Positions 35,925-36,177 of a stretch of DNA of 36,177 bases are shown one piece after another; position 1 is the stretch's first letter, and every line of letters starts with the position of its first letter. This DNA comes from an uncultured Dehalococcoidaceae bacterium (lineage in GTDB: Bacteria > Chloroflexota > Dehalococcoidia > Dehalococcoidales > RBG-16-60-22): contig CAYWRT010000006.1 of assembly GCA_964460815.1 (NCBI GenBank), forward strand, positions 1-36,177, written 5' to 3'. Below the pieces are notes generated by a model that worked only from the letters and a program-made list of their open reading frames with translations, searched no databases and was not told the origin of the DNA. The position numbers and the translations under genes are program-made.

Positions 35925-36177
35925 GTGCACGCAACGATTCAGAAGCCCATTGACGAGATTCTGGGGTATTTCAAGCCCGATGAGCGAGTTTTCGTCGTCG
36001 GCTGCGACAACTGCGCCGCCAAATGCCGTTCGGGAGGCATACCCGAGACTGAGGAAATGGCAAACCGGTTAAAGGAAAGAGGGGTGAATATAATTGGGTG
36101 GTGTGTACCTCAGCCAAAGGGGATATCGCTCTGTAAACTCTCCAACACTACAAAAGTGCTCCAGGAGGAATATGGCG
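35925..36177 (+). CDS. MetV/MTHFR-C-terminal-domain-like protein, truncated by the window end
   Basis: SD AGGAGG, GTG start; QKPIDEIL..VFVVGCDNCAAKCRSGG. Confidence 0.7.
   Translation, partial: MHATIQKPIDEILGYFKPDERVFVVGCDNCAAKCRSGGIPETEEMANRLKERGVNIIGWCVPQPKGISLCKLSNTTKVLQEEYG

Noticed and set aside
1-36177. Canonical parS (TGTTTCACGTGAAACA), integrase, transposase or phage genes
   Set aside because: None found by eye or in the ORF track; degenerate parS sites could have been missed.

Overview
Chromosomal replication-origin region of a bacterium, probably Dehalococcoidia/Chloroflexota (inferred from the fmt<-/->dnaA-obgE-nadD order with no dnaN after dnaA). Left to right: tRNA-Pro(CGG); a membrane histidine kinase convergent with a group 3b-type [NiFe]-hydrogenase operon whose fused beta+gamma diaphorase subunit carries an intact N-terminal receiver (REC) domain, preceded by a ~79% identical stand-alone REC; a deleted tRNA-Pro copy; mazG, fmt, dnaA (altered recognition helix, AT-rich oriC-like flanks), obgE, nadD; an iron-sulfur flavoprotein, a MaoC pair, archease-rtcB, an MBL hydrolase, USP, an alpha/beta hydrolase and a methyltransferase; a LysR-linked selenium operon (yedE, DUF3343-like, kinase-like, tusA-like, selenocysteine-containing selD); a ParA plus ribbon-helix-helix pair with four 8-bp-periodic arrays spread over 11 kb, one covering the parA promoter; a DUF2089 operon, flavodoxin, three minor pilins, an isochorismatase, two MFS paralogs, a tRNA-Met-like fragment and a partial metV-like gene. 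A dispersed ~41-bp repeat/hairpin family fills several intergenic spaces. Best novelty candidates: the plasmid-like type Ib partition system beside oriC, and the REC-fused, possibly phosphorylation-gated hydrogenase. No database searches were run; family calls come from motif recognition.
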